A stretch of 64,000 nucleotides of DNA from Candidatus Multivoradales bacterium (GCA_965223855.1 CBDCXM010000008.1:160001-224000), one strand, 5' to 3'. Shown: positions 37,844 to 48,123, counted from the first letter of the stretch. A program made the numbers and translations. Notes: a model not told the origin generated them from the letters alone.

Positions 37844-39994
37844 ATGGAAGGCGAAGCGAAGCCCTCCCTCGTGCTGAGCGAGCCGGTCGACGGACTGGCG
37901 ACGCTCACCTTCGACACGCCGGACGCCAGGGTCAACGTCCTCGGGCGCGCAGCGATCGCCGAGCTGGAGGCGGTGATCGAGGAGCTCGAAGGGCGGGACG
38001 ACATCCAGGCGCTGGTGCTGGTCTCCGGCAAGCGATCGAACTTCATCGCCGGCGCCGATCTCGACGCGATCGAGGAGGTGACCGACCCCGCCGAGGTGAG
38101 CGAGGCCGTGCGGCTGGTGCAGAGCCTCTACTCGCGCTGGGAGCGATTGCCCTTCCCCACCATCGCGGCGATCGCCGGTTCGTGCATGGGAGGCGGCACG
38201 GAGTGGGCGCTCTCGTGCGACTCGATCGTCATCGCCGACGACCCGAAGCTGCGCATCGGCCTGCCGGAGGTGAGACTCGGCATCCTCCCCGGCTGGGGCG
38301 GCTGCGTGCGCCTGCCGGCGAGAGTCGGACTCCAGGCGGCACTCGACATCATCCTCGCCGGCAAGAGCGTCAACGCCTACAAGGCGCTCAAGATCGGCCT
38401 GGCCGACGCGAAGATGCCGTCCGCCTCCTTTGGTCACCACGTCCGCGACTTCGCCCGCCAGGTGATCGACGGCAAGGCCCCCTCGAAGGCGCGCGACACA
38501 GGTCTCAGGGACACATTGCTCGAGAAGAACCCGCTGGGGCGCAAAGTGGTCTTCGATCAGGCGCGCAAGCAGGTGCTCAAGGCGACCGGCGGACTCTACC
38601 CCGCTCCGCTGCGGGCGCTCGAGGTCGTGCGCGTCGGGGTCGAGCAAGACGCCGCGGCCGGCTTCGCCGCCGAGGCACGCACCATCTCCGAGCTCGCGGT
38701 CTCGCCGATCAGCAAGAACCTCGTACACGTCTTCCGGCTCATGGAGGGGGCCGCCAGCGGGGAGATGCGTCACGAGATCCGCCGGACGGCGGTGCTCGGC
38801 GCGGGAGTGATGGGAGGCGGCATCGCGCAGCTCCTCTCGCACGAGGGCGGGCTGCCCGTCCGACTCAAGGACCTGGCGGCCGAGCCGCTGGCTCAGGGGC
38901 TCGATCACGCCGAGGAGCTGTTCTCCAAGCTGGTCGCCCGGCGTCGCCTGACGCGGCCGCGCATGCTGCAGAAGATGAACCTCATCCGCCCGACCCTCGA
39001 CTACCGCGGCTTCGAGGCGATCGACCTCGTGGTGGAGGCGATCGTCGAGCGGCTCGACGTCAAGCAGAAGGTATTCGCCGAGCTCTCCGGCCTCGTCGGC
39101 GAGGAGGCGATCCTGGCGTCGAACACCTCGTCGCTGTCGATCGAGGCGATCGCCCGCGACACGAAGCGCCCGGAGCGGGTGATCGGAATGCACTTCTTCA
39201 ACCCGGTGCACAAGATGCCGCTCGTCGAGGTGATCGTCGCGCCGCAAACCGCTCCGGAGGTGACGGACACGATCGTCGCCCTGTGCTCTCAACTCGGCAA
39301 GACGCCGGTGGTGGTCAAGGACGGGCCCGGATTCCTCGTCAACCGGCTGCTCATGTTCTCGATGTCCGAGGCGCTCTCACTCCTGGAGGAAGGGATCTCG
39401 ATTCCCGCCCTCGACAAGGTGATGAAGGGTTGGGGGATGCCGATGGGGCCGATCACTCTCACCGACGAGGTCGGCATCGACGTCGCTCATCACGTGGCCG
39501 GCATCCTCGTCGACGCCTTCGGCGACCGCCTCGACGTGCCCGACTGGATCGGCCGCCTGGTCGACGAGGGCCGCCTCGGCGCCAAGGTCGGGCGCGGCTT
39601 CTACCGTTACGAGGACGGAAAGCGGGGCGACGTCGACCCCGCGGTCTATCCGCTCCTCGGATTGAACCCGACAGAGGACGATCCGAACCCTCAGGAGGTC
39701 GCCCACCGCATCGTGCTGCCGATGGTGAACGAGGCGGCGCGCTGTCTCGAGGAGGGCGTCGTGGGGAGCGCGGCGGAGCTCGACCTCGCCATGATCATGG
39801 GAACGGGCTTTCCCCCGTTTCGCGGCGGCCTGTGCCGCTGGGCGGACACGGAAGGCGTGGCGACCCTCGCCGAAAGGATGCAGCAGTTCGCTGCCTCCGT
39901 CGGTGAGCGCTACCGCCCCTCCTCCGCCTTCGAGAAGGTGGTCGCCGAAGGCGGCTTCTACTCGGTCCACCCCCTCGATCTCTCCTCGTCGTAA
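37844..39994 (+). CDS. fadJ: Fatty acid oxidation complex alpha subunit (enoyl-CoA hydratase / 3-hydroxyacyl-CoA dehydrogenase)
   Basis: FIAGAD, GGGTEWAL, GLPEVRLG; GAGVMGGGIA, ASNTSSL, GMHFFNPV, GFPPFRGG. Confidence 0.9.
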   Translation: MEGEAKPSLVLSEPVDGLATLTFDTPDARVNVLGRAAIAELEAVIEELEGRDDIQALVLVSGKRSNFIAGADLDAIEEVTDPAEVSEAVRLVQSLYSRWERLPFPTIAAIAGSCMGGGTEWALSCDSIVIADDPKLRIGLPEVRLGILPGWGGCVRLPARVGLQAALDIILAGKSVNAYKALKIGLADAKMPSASFGHHVRDFARQVIDGKAPSKARDTGLRDTLLEKNPLGRKVVFDQARKQVLKATGGLYPAPLRALEVVRVGVEQDAAAGFAAEARTISELAVSPISKNLVHVFRLMEGAASGEMRHEIRRTAVLGAGVMGGGIAQLLSHEGGLPVRLKDLAAEPLAQGLDHAEELFSKLVARRRLTRPRMLQKMNLIRPTLDYRGFEAIDLVVEAIVERLDVKQKVFAELSGLVGEEAILASNTSSLSIEAIARDTKRPERVIGMHFFNPVHKMPLVEVIVAPQTAPEVTDTIVALCSQLGKTPVVVKDGPGFLVNRLLMFSMSEALSLLEEGISIPALDKVMKGWGMPMGPITLTDEVGIDVAHHVAGILVDAFGDRLDVPDWIGRLVDEGRLGAKVGRGFYRYEDGKRGDVDPAVYPLLGLNPTEDDPNPQEVAHRIVLPMVNEAARCLEEGVVGSAAELDLAMIMGTGFPPFRGGLCRWADTEGVATLAERMQQFAASVGERYRPSSAFEKVVAEGGFYSVHPLDLSSS

Positions 39995-40054
39995 CGACCG
40001 TTTCAAGACCTGGCCCCGATCTTGCTGCTTACCGTGCCCCGAAAGGAGCCCACC

Positions 40055-41179
40055 ATGCGCAAATCGTTCTCGAACCCCCTGTCGATCCTCGCCTTCTGTG
40101 CACTCCTCGCCCCGGCGTTCCTCGCCGCCCAGGAGACGGCAGGGAACTTCGACGCCACCGTCGAGGTGTCGGAGGTGTTGCTCGACGTCGTCGTCACCGA
40201 TCGGGACGGCAACGTCATCCTCGGCCTGGAGCCGGACGACTTCATCGTTTCCGACGGCGAGCAGGAGGTCGCGGTCAACTCCGCCACCTTCTACAGCAAT
40301 CGAGCCTTCCTCGAGTCGGCGGCGCTGGCCGAGCGGCTCGGCATCTCTCCCGACGACGTGCCGGTCGATCGCTACTTCATCCTCTTCTTCCACGACCCGC
40401 GATCGCTCTATCCGGACCTCGTCTCGGAACAGCTCGACGCCCTGCGCTGGGCGCGGCGGTGGGTCCACCAGGAGCTGCTGCCGAACGACTGGGTCGCCGT
40501 GGTGGGCTACGACTACAGTCTCAAGATCTACCAGGACTTCACCACCGACAACGAGCGGATCCTCTCCGCCCTCGACGACGTCGGCAAGGGAGGGAAGGAC
40601 CCGGGCTCGAACTGGCCTTCGCGCACCGACACTTCCGAGGGGCCGTCACTGCGAGTGAACCTGCCGCGCGGCAAGGAGCTGCGCAAGGCGACGAACAAGA
40701 TCTATGGCGCGCTCGAGACGCTCGCCGACGCCGCGGGCTACATCCGCGGCCGCAAGAACGTGCTGATGTTCAGCGCCGGCTTCGGCGAGCCGGGCGACTT
40801 CAGCGAGATCACCAACTGGGCCACCTATCGGCCGAACGAGCGCTACTACCCGCCGATGATGGAAGAGCTCAACGACTCGAACGTCGCCGTCTACACGATC
40901 TCGCTGATCAAGGAGCTCGTCTCCACTTCGGAAGCCCAGGCGATCCTCGGTAACTCGCTGAGCCTGCTCTCCGACGATACCGGCGGGCGGCACTACATGA
41001 ACTTCGTCAATTTCCGCACGCCGATGTCGGACATCGTCCAGGACAACAACGGCTACTACCTGCTCTCCTATCCCGCCGAGCATCCGCGTGGAGACAGCGG
41101 CTACCGCTCGGTGAGCGTCGAGAGCCGCAACCCGGACTTCGTCGTCAGGGCTCGCGGCGGCTACCGCTTCGGCAGCTGA
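40055..41179 (+). CDS. VWA domain protein, acidobacterial type
   Basis: Signal peptide; VLLDVVVTDRDGN...GL..DDF.V, QDFTTD, GRKNVLMFSAG, DTGG, YYLLSY, VRARGGY. Confidence 0.85.
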   Translation: MRKSFSNPLSILAFCALLAPAFLAAQETAGNFDATVEVSEVLLDVVVTDRDGNVILGLEPDDFIVSDGEQEVAVNSATFYSNRAFLESAALAERLGISPDDVPVDRYFILFFHDPRSLYPDLVSEQLDALRWARRWVHQELLPNDWVAVVGYDYSLKIYQDFTTDNERILSALDDVGKGGKDPGSNWPSRTDTSEGPSLRVNLPRGKELRKATNKIYGALETLADAAGYIRGRKNVLMFSAGFGEPGDFSEITNWATYRPNERYYPPMMEELNDSNVAVYTISLIKELVSTSEAQAILGNSLSLLSDDTGGRHYMNFVNFRTPMSDIVQDNNGYYLLSYPAEHPRGDSGYRSVSVESRNPDFVVRARGGYRFGS

Positions 41180-41194
41180 GCGCGGCAGGCCTCG

Positions 41195-41224
41195 GTAGGG
41201 CGAACGGCATCGGGCCGTTCGCCC
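41195..41224 (+). repeat. GTAG-headed REP-like hairpin (possible bidirectional terminator)
   Basis: GTAG leading into GGGCGAACGGC-ATCGG-GCCGTTCGCCC between convergent genes. Confidence 0.55.
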
Positions 41225-41248
41225 CGCTCGCTTCGCAGGGCCGAGCTG

Positions 41249-41983
41249 TCAGACCTGCAGCAGGACGACGGTGATGTTGTCCACTCCGCCGCGCTCGTTG
41301 GCCGCCGAGACGAGCTTCTCGCATCGATCCGACAGCGTCCCCCCTTCGAGGAGGATCTCGGTGATCTCCTCGTCGGTCAGCATGCCGGTCAGGCCGTCGG
41401 AGCACAGCACCAGCAGGTCGCCGTCCTTGAGCTGAACGCGGCGCAGATCCGCCTCGGCGCTCTGCTCTCCGCCGAGCGCCCGGGTGACGACACTCTTGAA
41501 CGGATGCTCTCTCGCCTGGTCCTCCGAAAGGTGACCGGCGGAGACCTGCTCGTGGACCCAGGAGTGGTCCTCCGTGAGCTGCGTCAGAGTGCTGCCGCGA
41601 AGGGCGTAGGCCCGGCTGTCGCCGATATGGCCGATGATCGCCGAGTCCTCCTCGAGCACGGTCGCGATGAGGGTGGTCCCCATGCCGCGCAGCGAGTTGT
41701 CCTGCTCTCCCGCTTTGCGGATCTGGCTGTGGGCATGAGCGATCGCGTCGCGCAGTCGCTCGGCGATCGCCCGGATCGACCGGGCGTCCTGAGATTCCTC
41801 ACCCAGAAACGCGTCGCGCACAGCCGAGGTGGCGATTCGAGAAGCGACGTGACCGTTGCCGTGACCGCCCATGCCATCGGCGACGATGAACAGGTGGTCG
41901 TCCTCCTCGACTGCGTAGCAGTCCTCGTTGCGGCTCCTAACGCGGCCGACGTCCGAGAGCCCGAAGGCTTCGAAACCGCTCAC
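41249..41983 (-). CDS. PP2C-type Ser/Thr phosphatase (Stp1/PrpC family)
   Basis: SDVGRVRSRNED, VADGMGGH, GMGTT, HIGDSRAY, LCSDGL, GGVDNIT. Confidence 0.95.
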   Translation of the reverse strand: MSGFEAFGLSDVGRVRSRNEDCYAVEEDDHLFIVADGMGGHGNGHVASRIATSAVRDAFLGEESQDARSIRAIAERLRDAIAHAHSQIRKAGEQDNSLRGMGTTLIATVLEEDSAIIGHIGDSRAYALRGSTLTQLTEDHSWVHEQVSAGHLSEDQAREHPFKSVVTRALGGEQSAEADLRRVQLKDGDLLVLCSDGLTGMLTDEEITEILLEGGTLSDRCEKLVSAANERGGVDNITVVLLQV

Positions 41984-42612
41984 CTTCTACCGAAGAGCCC
42001 TCCGCGCTCGCCCTTCTGAAGATCGGTGAGCCGGCGATCGACGTCGGGATCGGACCCGCCCCAATCGAGCGCCTTCTGGTAGGACTCCTCCGCCTCCGGG
42101 ATCATCCCACTGGCGGCGTAGAGATCTCCGGCGAGCACGCGGTACTTCGCTTCCATGGGTTGCAGTTCGCACGCCTTGCCGATCGCCAGTCTCGCCCGCG
42201 GTAGCGAGCGGCGGTCCTCACCCAGGTGTCGCGCCAGCAGGTACCAGCCGGTGTCGTACTCGGGATCTTCGCGCGTGGCGCGCTCGAAGTTCTGGATGGC
42301 GTCCGACTTCGAACCGTCCTTCCACGCCTGGCGGGCGCGCTGGATGTAGACCTTCGCCACCTGCCGCGTGTTCGACTCGTTGGTGTCGACGAGCTGCTGG
42401 AGCATCTGATCGTGTTCGCGCCGCCGATCGATGTCGTTCAGCGTGTTGAACGCCTCGGTCACGAGCTGGAACTCGACCTCCGCGTCGGCCTTCTCGTCGC
42501 CTGAGAAGCGATCGGGATGGCGTTCGCGAGCGAGCGCGAGGAAGCGCTGGCGGATCTGACGAGCCGTCGCGTTCCGCGGGACTCCCAGAATGGCGTAATA
42601 GCTGCGGCTCAT
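41980..42612 (-). CDS. J-domain + TPR protein
   Basis: SYYAILGV...ARERHPDRF (HPD motif) then TPR-like helices. Confidence 0.85.
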   Translation of the reverse strand: MSRSYYAILGVPRNATARQIRQRFLALARERHPDRFSGDEKADAEVEFQLVTEAFNTLNDIDRRREHDQMLQQLVDTNESNTRQVAKVYIQRARQAWKDGSKSDAIQNFERATREDPEYDTGWYLLARHLGEDRRSLPRARLAIGKACELQPMEAKYRVLAGDLYAASGMIPEAEESYQKALDWGGSDPDVDRRLTDLQKGERGGLFGRR

Positions 42613-42664
42613 CTCGTCGGGGCGACTCGATCGTGACTTTCCCGCAGGAAGCGGCGGGCGGCTT

Positions 42665-43714
42665 TCACTCTGTTTTGATTCTATACAACTGCGTTGCTCT
42701 GACGCGGACCGCCTCGGCGACGTTGCGATTGCGCGAGATCCCTCTCAGGTCCCGCACCGAAAGCCTGCTGAGAAGGCGCAGGGAGATGTTGATCGGGGTA
42801 CGGGGATTCTGGCAGAGACTGTGGATCACCTTGTAGCGCCGCGCCCAGCGCTTGGAGGTGGCGATGTGCGTCAGGACATCGTCGACGACGACCCGGCTCA
42901 GAGCGACTCTCTCGACCTCACCCTCGGTGATCGGGCTGTGGGTCAGCACCGCCACGGCGACGAGCGGGTTCTGATCGCGCACCAGGATCCGGCGCAGCAG
43001 TGGAGTCGCTCCCCGTGCGAGACGCATGCGCACAGCGATCGTCAGCATGCGAATCTTGACTTCGCTCGACTTCCAGAGATTCTCGAGTTCGTCGTCGTTC
43101 TTGCCCTCTTCGATCTGAGCGAAGCGGTCCCGCACGTGCTCGACCTCGGTCTCCTCCTCCGGGGTCAGCGGCAGGAAGCCCTCTTCGTCGAGCTCCATCG
43201 GGTCGTCCCGAGCAGCGAGCGAGGGCAGGAGGTGTTCGCGGTACTCGGCGATCCGGCGCTCGGAGTAGGAACTGAGACGGGTGTTCTTCTCCAGCTCGTC
43301 GAGAATCTCGGGATGCTCGACGATCGCGTCCTGGCGAAGGAGAAGGATCTCCTGCATGTCTCCCTCGAGCCCCGACGCCATGGCAGCGAGCAGCGGCCTC
43401 GGCACATGGCGCAGCCGCAGGATCGCCTCGACGACCACGGGGTGCCCCCGGGCCTTGCCGAAGTACGACACGACCGACTCCGGCGGAGACTCGGTCAGCA
43501 CCGAGACCACAATTCTCGGATCGACCTCGGCGAGGCTCTCCCGCGCGGTCGCCGCGAGCGCCTCGTCAGAGCCCGAGGCGAGTTCGACCTGGGCCTCCAG
43601 GAGCTCGGGCAGCGGGAGCGGGGCCAGACCCGCCGCCACGAGCCGTAGAACTTCCGGATCGCCGCTCTCTAGAAACTGACTGGCTGACGACGCGCCGGAC
43701 GGGTCCGGACTCAC
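42665..43714 (-). CDS. Conserved hypothetical helical-repeat protein
   Basis: C-terminal RRILVRDQN..VAVAVL..SPITEGEVE...W.RRYKV...L.QNPRTP...LL..L...DL pattern; translationally coupled to rodZ. Confidence 0.7.
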   Translation of the reverse strand: MSPDPSGASSASQFLESGDPEVLRLVAAGLAPLPLPELLEAQVELASGSDEALAATARESLAEVDPRIVVSVLTESPPESVVSYFGKARGHPVVVEAILRLRHVPRPLLAAMASGLEGDMQEILLLRQDAIVEHPEILDELEKNTRLSSYSERRIAEYREHLLPSLAARDDPMELDEEGFLPLTPEEETEVEHVRDRFAQIEEGKNDDELENLWKSSEVKIRMLTIAVRMRLARGATPLLRRILVRDQNPLVAVAVLTHSPITEGEVERVALSRVVVDDVLTHIATSKRWARRYKVIHSLCQNPRTPINISLRLLSRLSVRDLRGISRNRNVAEAVRVRATQLYRIKTE

Positions 43715-44625
43715 TCGCCTGCCTCTTCGCCTGCCGGTTCGTCGAGGGTGATCAACAGGTCGCGCGCCACGCGGTTGGGCCGGAACGGCCCCAGGTAGCG
43801 AGGCTCGCCGTTGACCTCGACCCTCACCCCCTCCGGATTGCCCAGCGTGAGGCTGACGCTCGACTGCGCATCGATCTGCAGCGACTCGCCCTGTACGTGC
43901 AGCTCACTGAGTCTGCGTCGACCGTCGACCTCGATCTCGACCCAGCAGTCCTCGGTGAAGTCGAGGGTCACGACCAGAGGGGCGGCCGGCTCGGTCGCGG
44001 CCGTCCGATTCCCACCCGTCCGCTCCGGCTCGCCGCCGCCATCGGAATCAACGGCTTCGGCAGGCGCGGCCAGTGAAGGATCGTCGGCCGGCGTGGTCGT
44101 CGGCGGCGGAGTCGAAGGGGGCTCGGCGGCGGCCGCCGGTTCCCTCGCTGTCGGCTCGTCCTCGACAGGGGCGGTGGCACCCTCGGTCTGCGAGCGCTCA
44201 GCCCAGAAACCCAGAAAGCCGACGGCGCCGAGAAGCAGAAGCAGGCCGGCCACGAGCAGGGCGCCCCACCTCCAGTCGAAACTGCCGCCGGAGTCGCTGG
44301 CTGCGACCTCGACGGTCGCATTGCCGTCCTCCTCGTCTCGCGCCGTGAGGTAGGAGTTGACGACTTCGTCGGGATCGAGCCCGACGTAGCGTGCGTATTC
44401 GCGGAGGAACCCCTTCGCGAAGACCGGAGCCGGCAGCACGTCGAAGCGCTCGCTCTCGAGTGCCTCCAGATAGCTCTTCGAGATCTTCGTCGTCTCGGCG
44501 ATCTCGGCGATCGAGACTTCGCGCAGCTCGCGCTCCCGGCGCAGCCAGCGGCCGAAGCCCGTCGGCTCTCCGCCCTCGCCTTCCCAGGAGGTCTGGCGAC
44601 CACCTTTCCTCTGCTTCTCAGTCAT
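43711..44625 (-). CDS. rodZ: RodZ-like HTH-TM-DUF4115 protein
   Basis: FGRWLRRERE...IAETTKIS..YLEALE...FAKGFLREYARYVGLD, TM, C-terminal CWVEI..DG...LGNP.GV. Confidence 0.85.
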   Translation of the reverse strand: MTEKQRKGGRQTSWEGEGGEPTGFGRWLRRERELREVSIAEIAETTKISKSYLEALESERFDVLPAPVFAKGFLREYARYVGLDPDEVVNSYLTARDEEDGNATVEVAASDSGGSFDWRWGALLVAGLLLLLGAVGFLGFWAERSQTEGATAPVEDEPTAREPAAAAEPPSTPPPTTTPADDPSLAAPAEAVDSDGGGEPERTGGNRTAATEPAAPLVVTLDFTEDCWVEIEVDGRRRLSELHVQGESLQIDAQSSVSLTLGNPEGVRVEVNGEPRYLGPFRPNRVARDLLITLDEPAGEEAGE

Positions 44626-44757
44626 GGGTAAGCCCGCGCCGCCCAGCCGTGGGAAAAATCACCCGGAGCACATACAATCCGGGTTTCGCCGACTCGGGGC
44701 CTGTCGCGCCCGCTGGCGCCAACCCGATCCCTCGAACTGCCCGCTGATCGCGCCGTT

Positions 44758-46833
44758 ATGAAGATCCCGAGGACTCTGAGGAAGTATATCGAAGCAGGCA
44801 AGCTCGACGAGGTCGAGGGAACCTGGCTGGCACAGCTGGAGGAAGACCCGACCGATTCGGAGTTCTTCCTCAGCGGAGCGCGCGCGCTCAAGGGTGCCGG
44901 AGAGGACGACGCGGCAAAGACGTTGCTCGAACTGCTCGACGGTGAGTGGGAGGAGCGGGGCCTTCACGAACTGCGGCTCGAAATGTTGCGCGACGTCGGT
45001 GCGTTGCTGCACGCCGCACAACCGCTGCACGACGCGATTCTCGAGGTTCTGGCCGCCGTCTACGAGGGGTACCCGAGCTTCGAAGGACTCGTCGAGCACG
45101 TCGGCCTCCACCGGGCCACCGAGGACATCCCCAAGACCTGGACGAAGGTGGACTACCTGCGCGATCTGCTGGAGTTCGAGGAAGGCGCGATCGTTGCCAT
45201 GAAGGGCAAGGGCGCCGGTCGGGTCACCGAGGTCAACTTCGCACTCGGGAACTTCAAGGTCGACTTCGAGCGCAGCCCCGGGCTGCGGGTCGGCTTCAAG
45301 GGTGCTACCAAGCTGCTGAGCTCACTGCCGAAGGAGCACGTCCTGCGCCGCAAGATCGAAGCGCCCGAGGAGCTCAGCGAGCTGAAGGCGGCCGACCCGG
45401 GGAAGCTCCTGCTCGTGACCCTGAGGAGCTACTCGGAGGGGCGCAACGCGACCCAGGTGCGGGAGGCGCTGGCCGGCATCGTGTCGGAGAAGGAGTGGAG
45501 CTCCTGGTGGACCGCGGCCCGGAAGAACCCGCAGGTTCTCGTCGAGGGCAAGGGGGCGCGGCAGACCTACAAGGCGGCCGCTTCGAGCGAGGACGCCGAG
45601 AGCGCGGTGCACGAGGCCTTCGCCGCAGCGAAACTGCCGGAGAAGCTCGACATCTTCCGCCGCAACGCGACCCGCAACGCCGAGCTGAGAGACACCCTCG
45701 CCGAGCAGCTCGTCGCGATCGCCGAGAGCAGCCTCTCGATCGAGGTCGAGACGCGTTTCGCCATCGCGCAGGCGGTGCGCGAGGCTCCCTCGTTCGACGA
45801 GGCCGCGCCGTGGGCACCGCAGTCGATGGTGGCCGAAGCCGCCGACGGCGCAGCCCTGCTGTCGAAGATCGAAGACCGCGGACTCCGGGAGATGGCTCTC
45901 GAACTGATTCGCGAATCCAGGGAGGATTGGGAGGAGATCTTCGTCGCCCGCCTGACGGCCGAAGAGGATCCGAAGCTGCTCGACCGCATCGCCGACGGTC
46001 TCGGCGGCGACGCTCGCGTGACCGAGTTCATCGATCGCGTGTTGACCCAGCCGCGCAAGCAGGCGGCCGCCTTCCACTGGCTCGCCGAGCGCGCCTTGCG
46101 CGACGAGAGCCTGCTGGAGCGCAAGCCGATCCGCTTCCTCCAGACCCTGCTCGCGACGTCACAACCGGCCGAGTTCGAGCCGTTCAAGAGTCGACTGCGC
46201 AAGGTGCTCGAAGGCGGCGGCCCCGCCGCGGGCCTGATCGCACACATCGAGGCCGATCAGGCTTCGGGCGCCGAGGAGCTCATCCGAAGATCCCCGCTGG
46301 AAGAGTACGTCCGCGCTCCACTGATCAACGCCCTTCATCTGCGCTTCCCCGAGCTTCGACCCGAGGAGGAGTCTCCCCTCTACGCCCTTCCCGACTCGAT
46401 CGCCGAGCGCAAGGAGCAGCTTCGCGAGCTCCGCGAGGTCGAGATTCCGGCGAATCGGCGGGCGATCGAGGAGGCGCGCGAGCTCGGCGACCTCAAGGAG
46501 AACTTCGAGTACAAGTCGGCGCGCCAGAGGCACGAGTATCTGGCCGCCCGCCAGGGCTCCCTGCAACTCGATCTGGCGCGCGCCCAGCCGATCGATCTGG
46601 GACGCAGCGATGCCGAGGAGGTGCGGGTCGCGGTCACGGTCGAGCTGGTCGACTCACAGGGAGCGACCGAAGCCCTGACGATCCTCGGGCCGTGGGAGAG
46701 CCATCCGGAAGAGGGAGTGATCTCCTACGACTCCGATCTCGGCCGCGCTTTGCTCGGCAAGAAGGTCGGCGAGCCGGTGGAGTTCGGAGAAAGCTCGCGA
46801 ACCGTGCAGTCGATCGTCCCCTGGAAGCCGTAG
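44758..46833 (+). CDS. greA: Long-form transcription elongation factor with C-terminal GreA domain
   Basis: IEEARELGDLKENFEYKSAR, TILGPWES, ISYDSDLGRALLGKKVGE; about 540-aa N-terminal extension. Confidence 0.8.
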   Translation: MKIPRTLRKYIEAGKLDEVEGTWLAQLEEDPTDSEFFLSGARALKGAGEDDAAKTLLELLDGEWEERGLHELRLEMLRDVGALLHAAQPLHDAILEVLAAVYEGYPSFEGLVEHVGLHRATEDIPKTWTKVDYLRDLLEFEEGAIVAMKGKGAGRVTEVNFALGNFKVDFERSPGLRVGFKGATKLLSSLPKEHVLRRKIEAPEELSELKAADPGKLLLVTLRSYSEGRNATQVREALAGIVSEKEWSSWWTAARKNPQVLVEGKGARQTYKAAASSEDAESAVHEAFAAAKLPEKLDIFRRNATRNAELRDTLAEQLVAIAESSLSIEVETRFAIAQAVREAPSFDEAAPWAPQSMVAEAADGAALLSKIEDRGLREMALELIRESREDWEEIFVARLTAEEDPKLLDRIADGLGGDARVTEFIDRVLTQPRKQAAAFHWLAERALRDESLLERKPIRFLQTLLATSQPAEFEPFKSRLRKVLEGGGPAAGLIAHIEADQASGAEELIRRSPLEEYVRAPLINALHLRFPELRPEEESPLYALPDSIAERKEQLRELREVEIPANRRAIEEARELGDLKENFEYKSARQRHEYLAARQGSLQLDLARAQPIDLGRSDAEEVRVAVTVELVDSQGATEALTILGPWESHPEEGVISYDSDLGRALLGKKVGEPVEFGESSRTVQSIVPWKP

Positions 46834-46881
46834 CTTCCCGTCTTCATCCGGCAGCGCCGGCCGAGAGGCCGAGGTTCGGGA

Positions 46882-47472
46882 CTAGTCTGCCTGCAGTCGG
46901 TGACGCCGGATCGCCCAGGCCGTCGCCAGATTGCCGAGTCCGGTAGCGATCGCGAACCAGAGCAGACCGTCCTGCCCCGGCCACAGGGCGGCGAGGCCTC
47001 CCAACTGGTAGATCCAGCCGGTGCGACGGAACGGGCGGAAGGCGAGCCCTCCGAGAACGAGGAAGGAGTGCCCGAGGATCAATAGCCAGACCGCGGGTAC
47101 GAGGGCGAGCTCGCCTGCCCACGCGAGAGCCGCCGACAGGGCCGCCGCCACCAGAGAGAGATTCGCCTGACCCCGCAGCACCCATCCGGCGAGGGTCGTG
47201 CGCGGGGCGGCGCCGCGATCGCGCACCAGCCAGCCTTCGACCACTCCACCGATCAGGATCGTCACCGACCAGCCGAGGACGACCGCGAACGGTCCCCGGG
47301 CGGAGTGGATTCCAGGGGTCAGCAGGGAGATGGCAGGAAGCAGGAGGGCCCAGGCGAACCACGACCACGGCGTTCGCAGGAACGGAGCTGCGGCCCCTGC
47401 GAACACGTCGCGGACAGCGGCGAGGTCGTCCTCACCGCGAGCGGTGAAGACCGGGTCGTACTCGGAGCTCAT
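46882..47472 (-). CDS. Hypothetical integral membrane protein
   Basis: About 6 hydrophobic segments; immediately downstream of the anti-sigma gene. Confidence 0.65.
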   Translation of the reverse strand: MSSEYDPVFTARGEDDLAAVRDVFAGAAAPFLRTPWSWFAWALLLPAISLLTPGIHSARGPFAVVLGWSVTILIGGVVEGWLVRDRGAAPRTTLAGWVLRGQANLSLVAAALSAALAWAGELALVPAVWLLILGHSFLVLGGLAFRPFRRTGWIYQLGGLAALWPGQDGLLWFAIATGLGNLATAWAIRRHRLQAD

Positions 47473-47475
47473 CCC

Positions 47476-48123
47476 TCAAGGGTGGCGCGAATCGGACCCG
47501 AAGTCGAGCCTGACTACGGTGTCGTCGGCAGTCAGGACGACCTGGCCCAGTTCGCGAAGGCCCTCGAGCTCCGGCCGATCGGCGAGCCACGCCTCGAGCT
47601 CCTCGCCGGCGAGCACCCGCGCAGGATCGTCGGCCGACGTCAGCCCGACCTCGATCCACCGATCGTCCTCGCGAACGAACTCGCGAGCCCCGATCGCGGT
47701 GCGGTCCTGCGGGAACTCGGTCCCCTCCGGCGCGCTCAGGATCAGCGGCTCGTGCGCCTGCTCGACTCGCGCCAGCCCCTGGGCGAGGACGTAGATCATC
47801 GCCGCCAGAGCCACCAGCACAGCAAAGGCCGGCAGGAAGGAGGGATCGAACAGCCAGCGTCGGATCTGGCGCTCCAGCCGGTTCCACACCGTCGTCTCGA
47901 GGGTCTCGGACGCCACGCGCTGCCGCACCAGGGCTCCGAGATGAGGCGGAGCCTCGGTCTCGGGCAGCGCTGCCAGCTGGCCGCGCACCCGGGTCAGGCC
48001 GTCGTAGATACGGCGCGCCTCGTCATCCGACTCGAGCAGTTCCTCGGCGCGGCGTCGTTCCGCCTCGTCGACGTCGCCGTCGAGGAAGCGCGACAGCAGC
48101 TCGAGCGTCGCCGTGTCAGACAT
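47476..48123 (-). CDS. Putative anti-sigma factor (single TM)
   Basis: ELLSRFLDGDV...AEELL N-terminal anti-sigma-like helices, one TM; overlaps ECF sigma stop. Confidence 0.75.
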   Translation of the reverse strand: MSDTATLELLSRFLDGDVDEAERRRAEELLESDDEARRIYDGLTRVRGQLAALPETEAPPHLGALVRQRVASETLETTVWNRLERQIRRWLFDPSFLPAFAVLVALAAMIYVLAQGLARVEQAHEPLILSAPEGTEFPQDRTAIGAREFVREDDRWIEVGLTSADDPARVLAGEELEAWLADRPELEGLRELGQVVLTADDTVVRLDFGSDSRHP

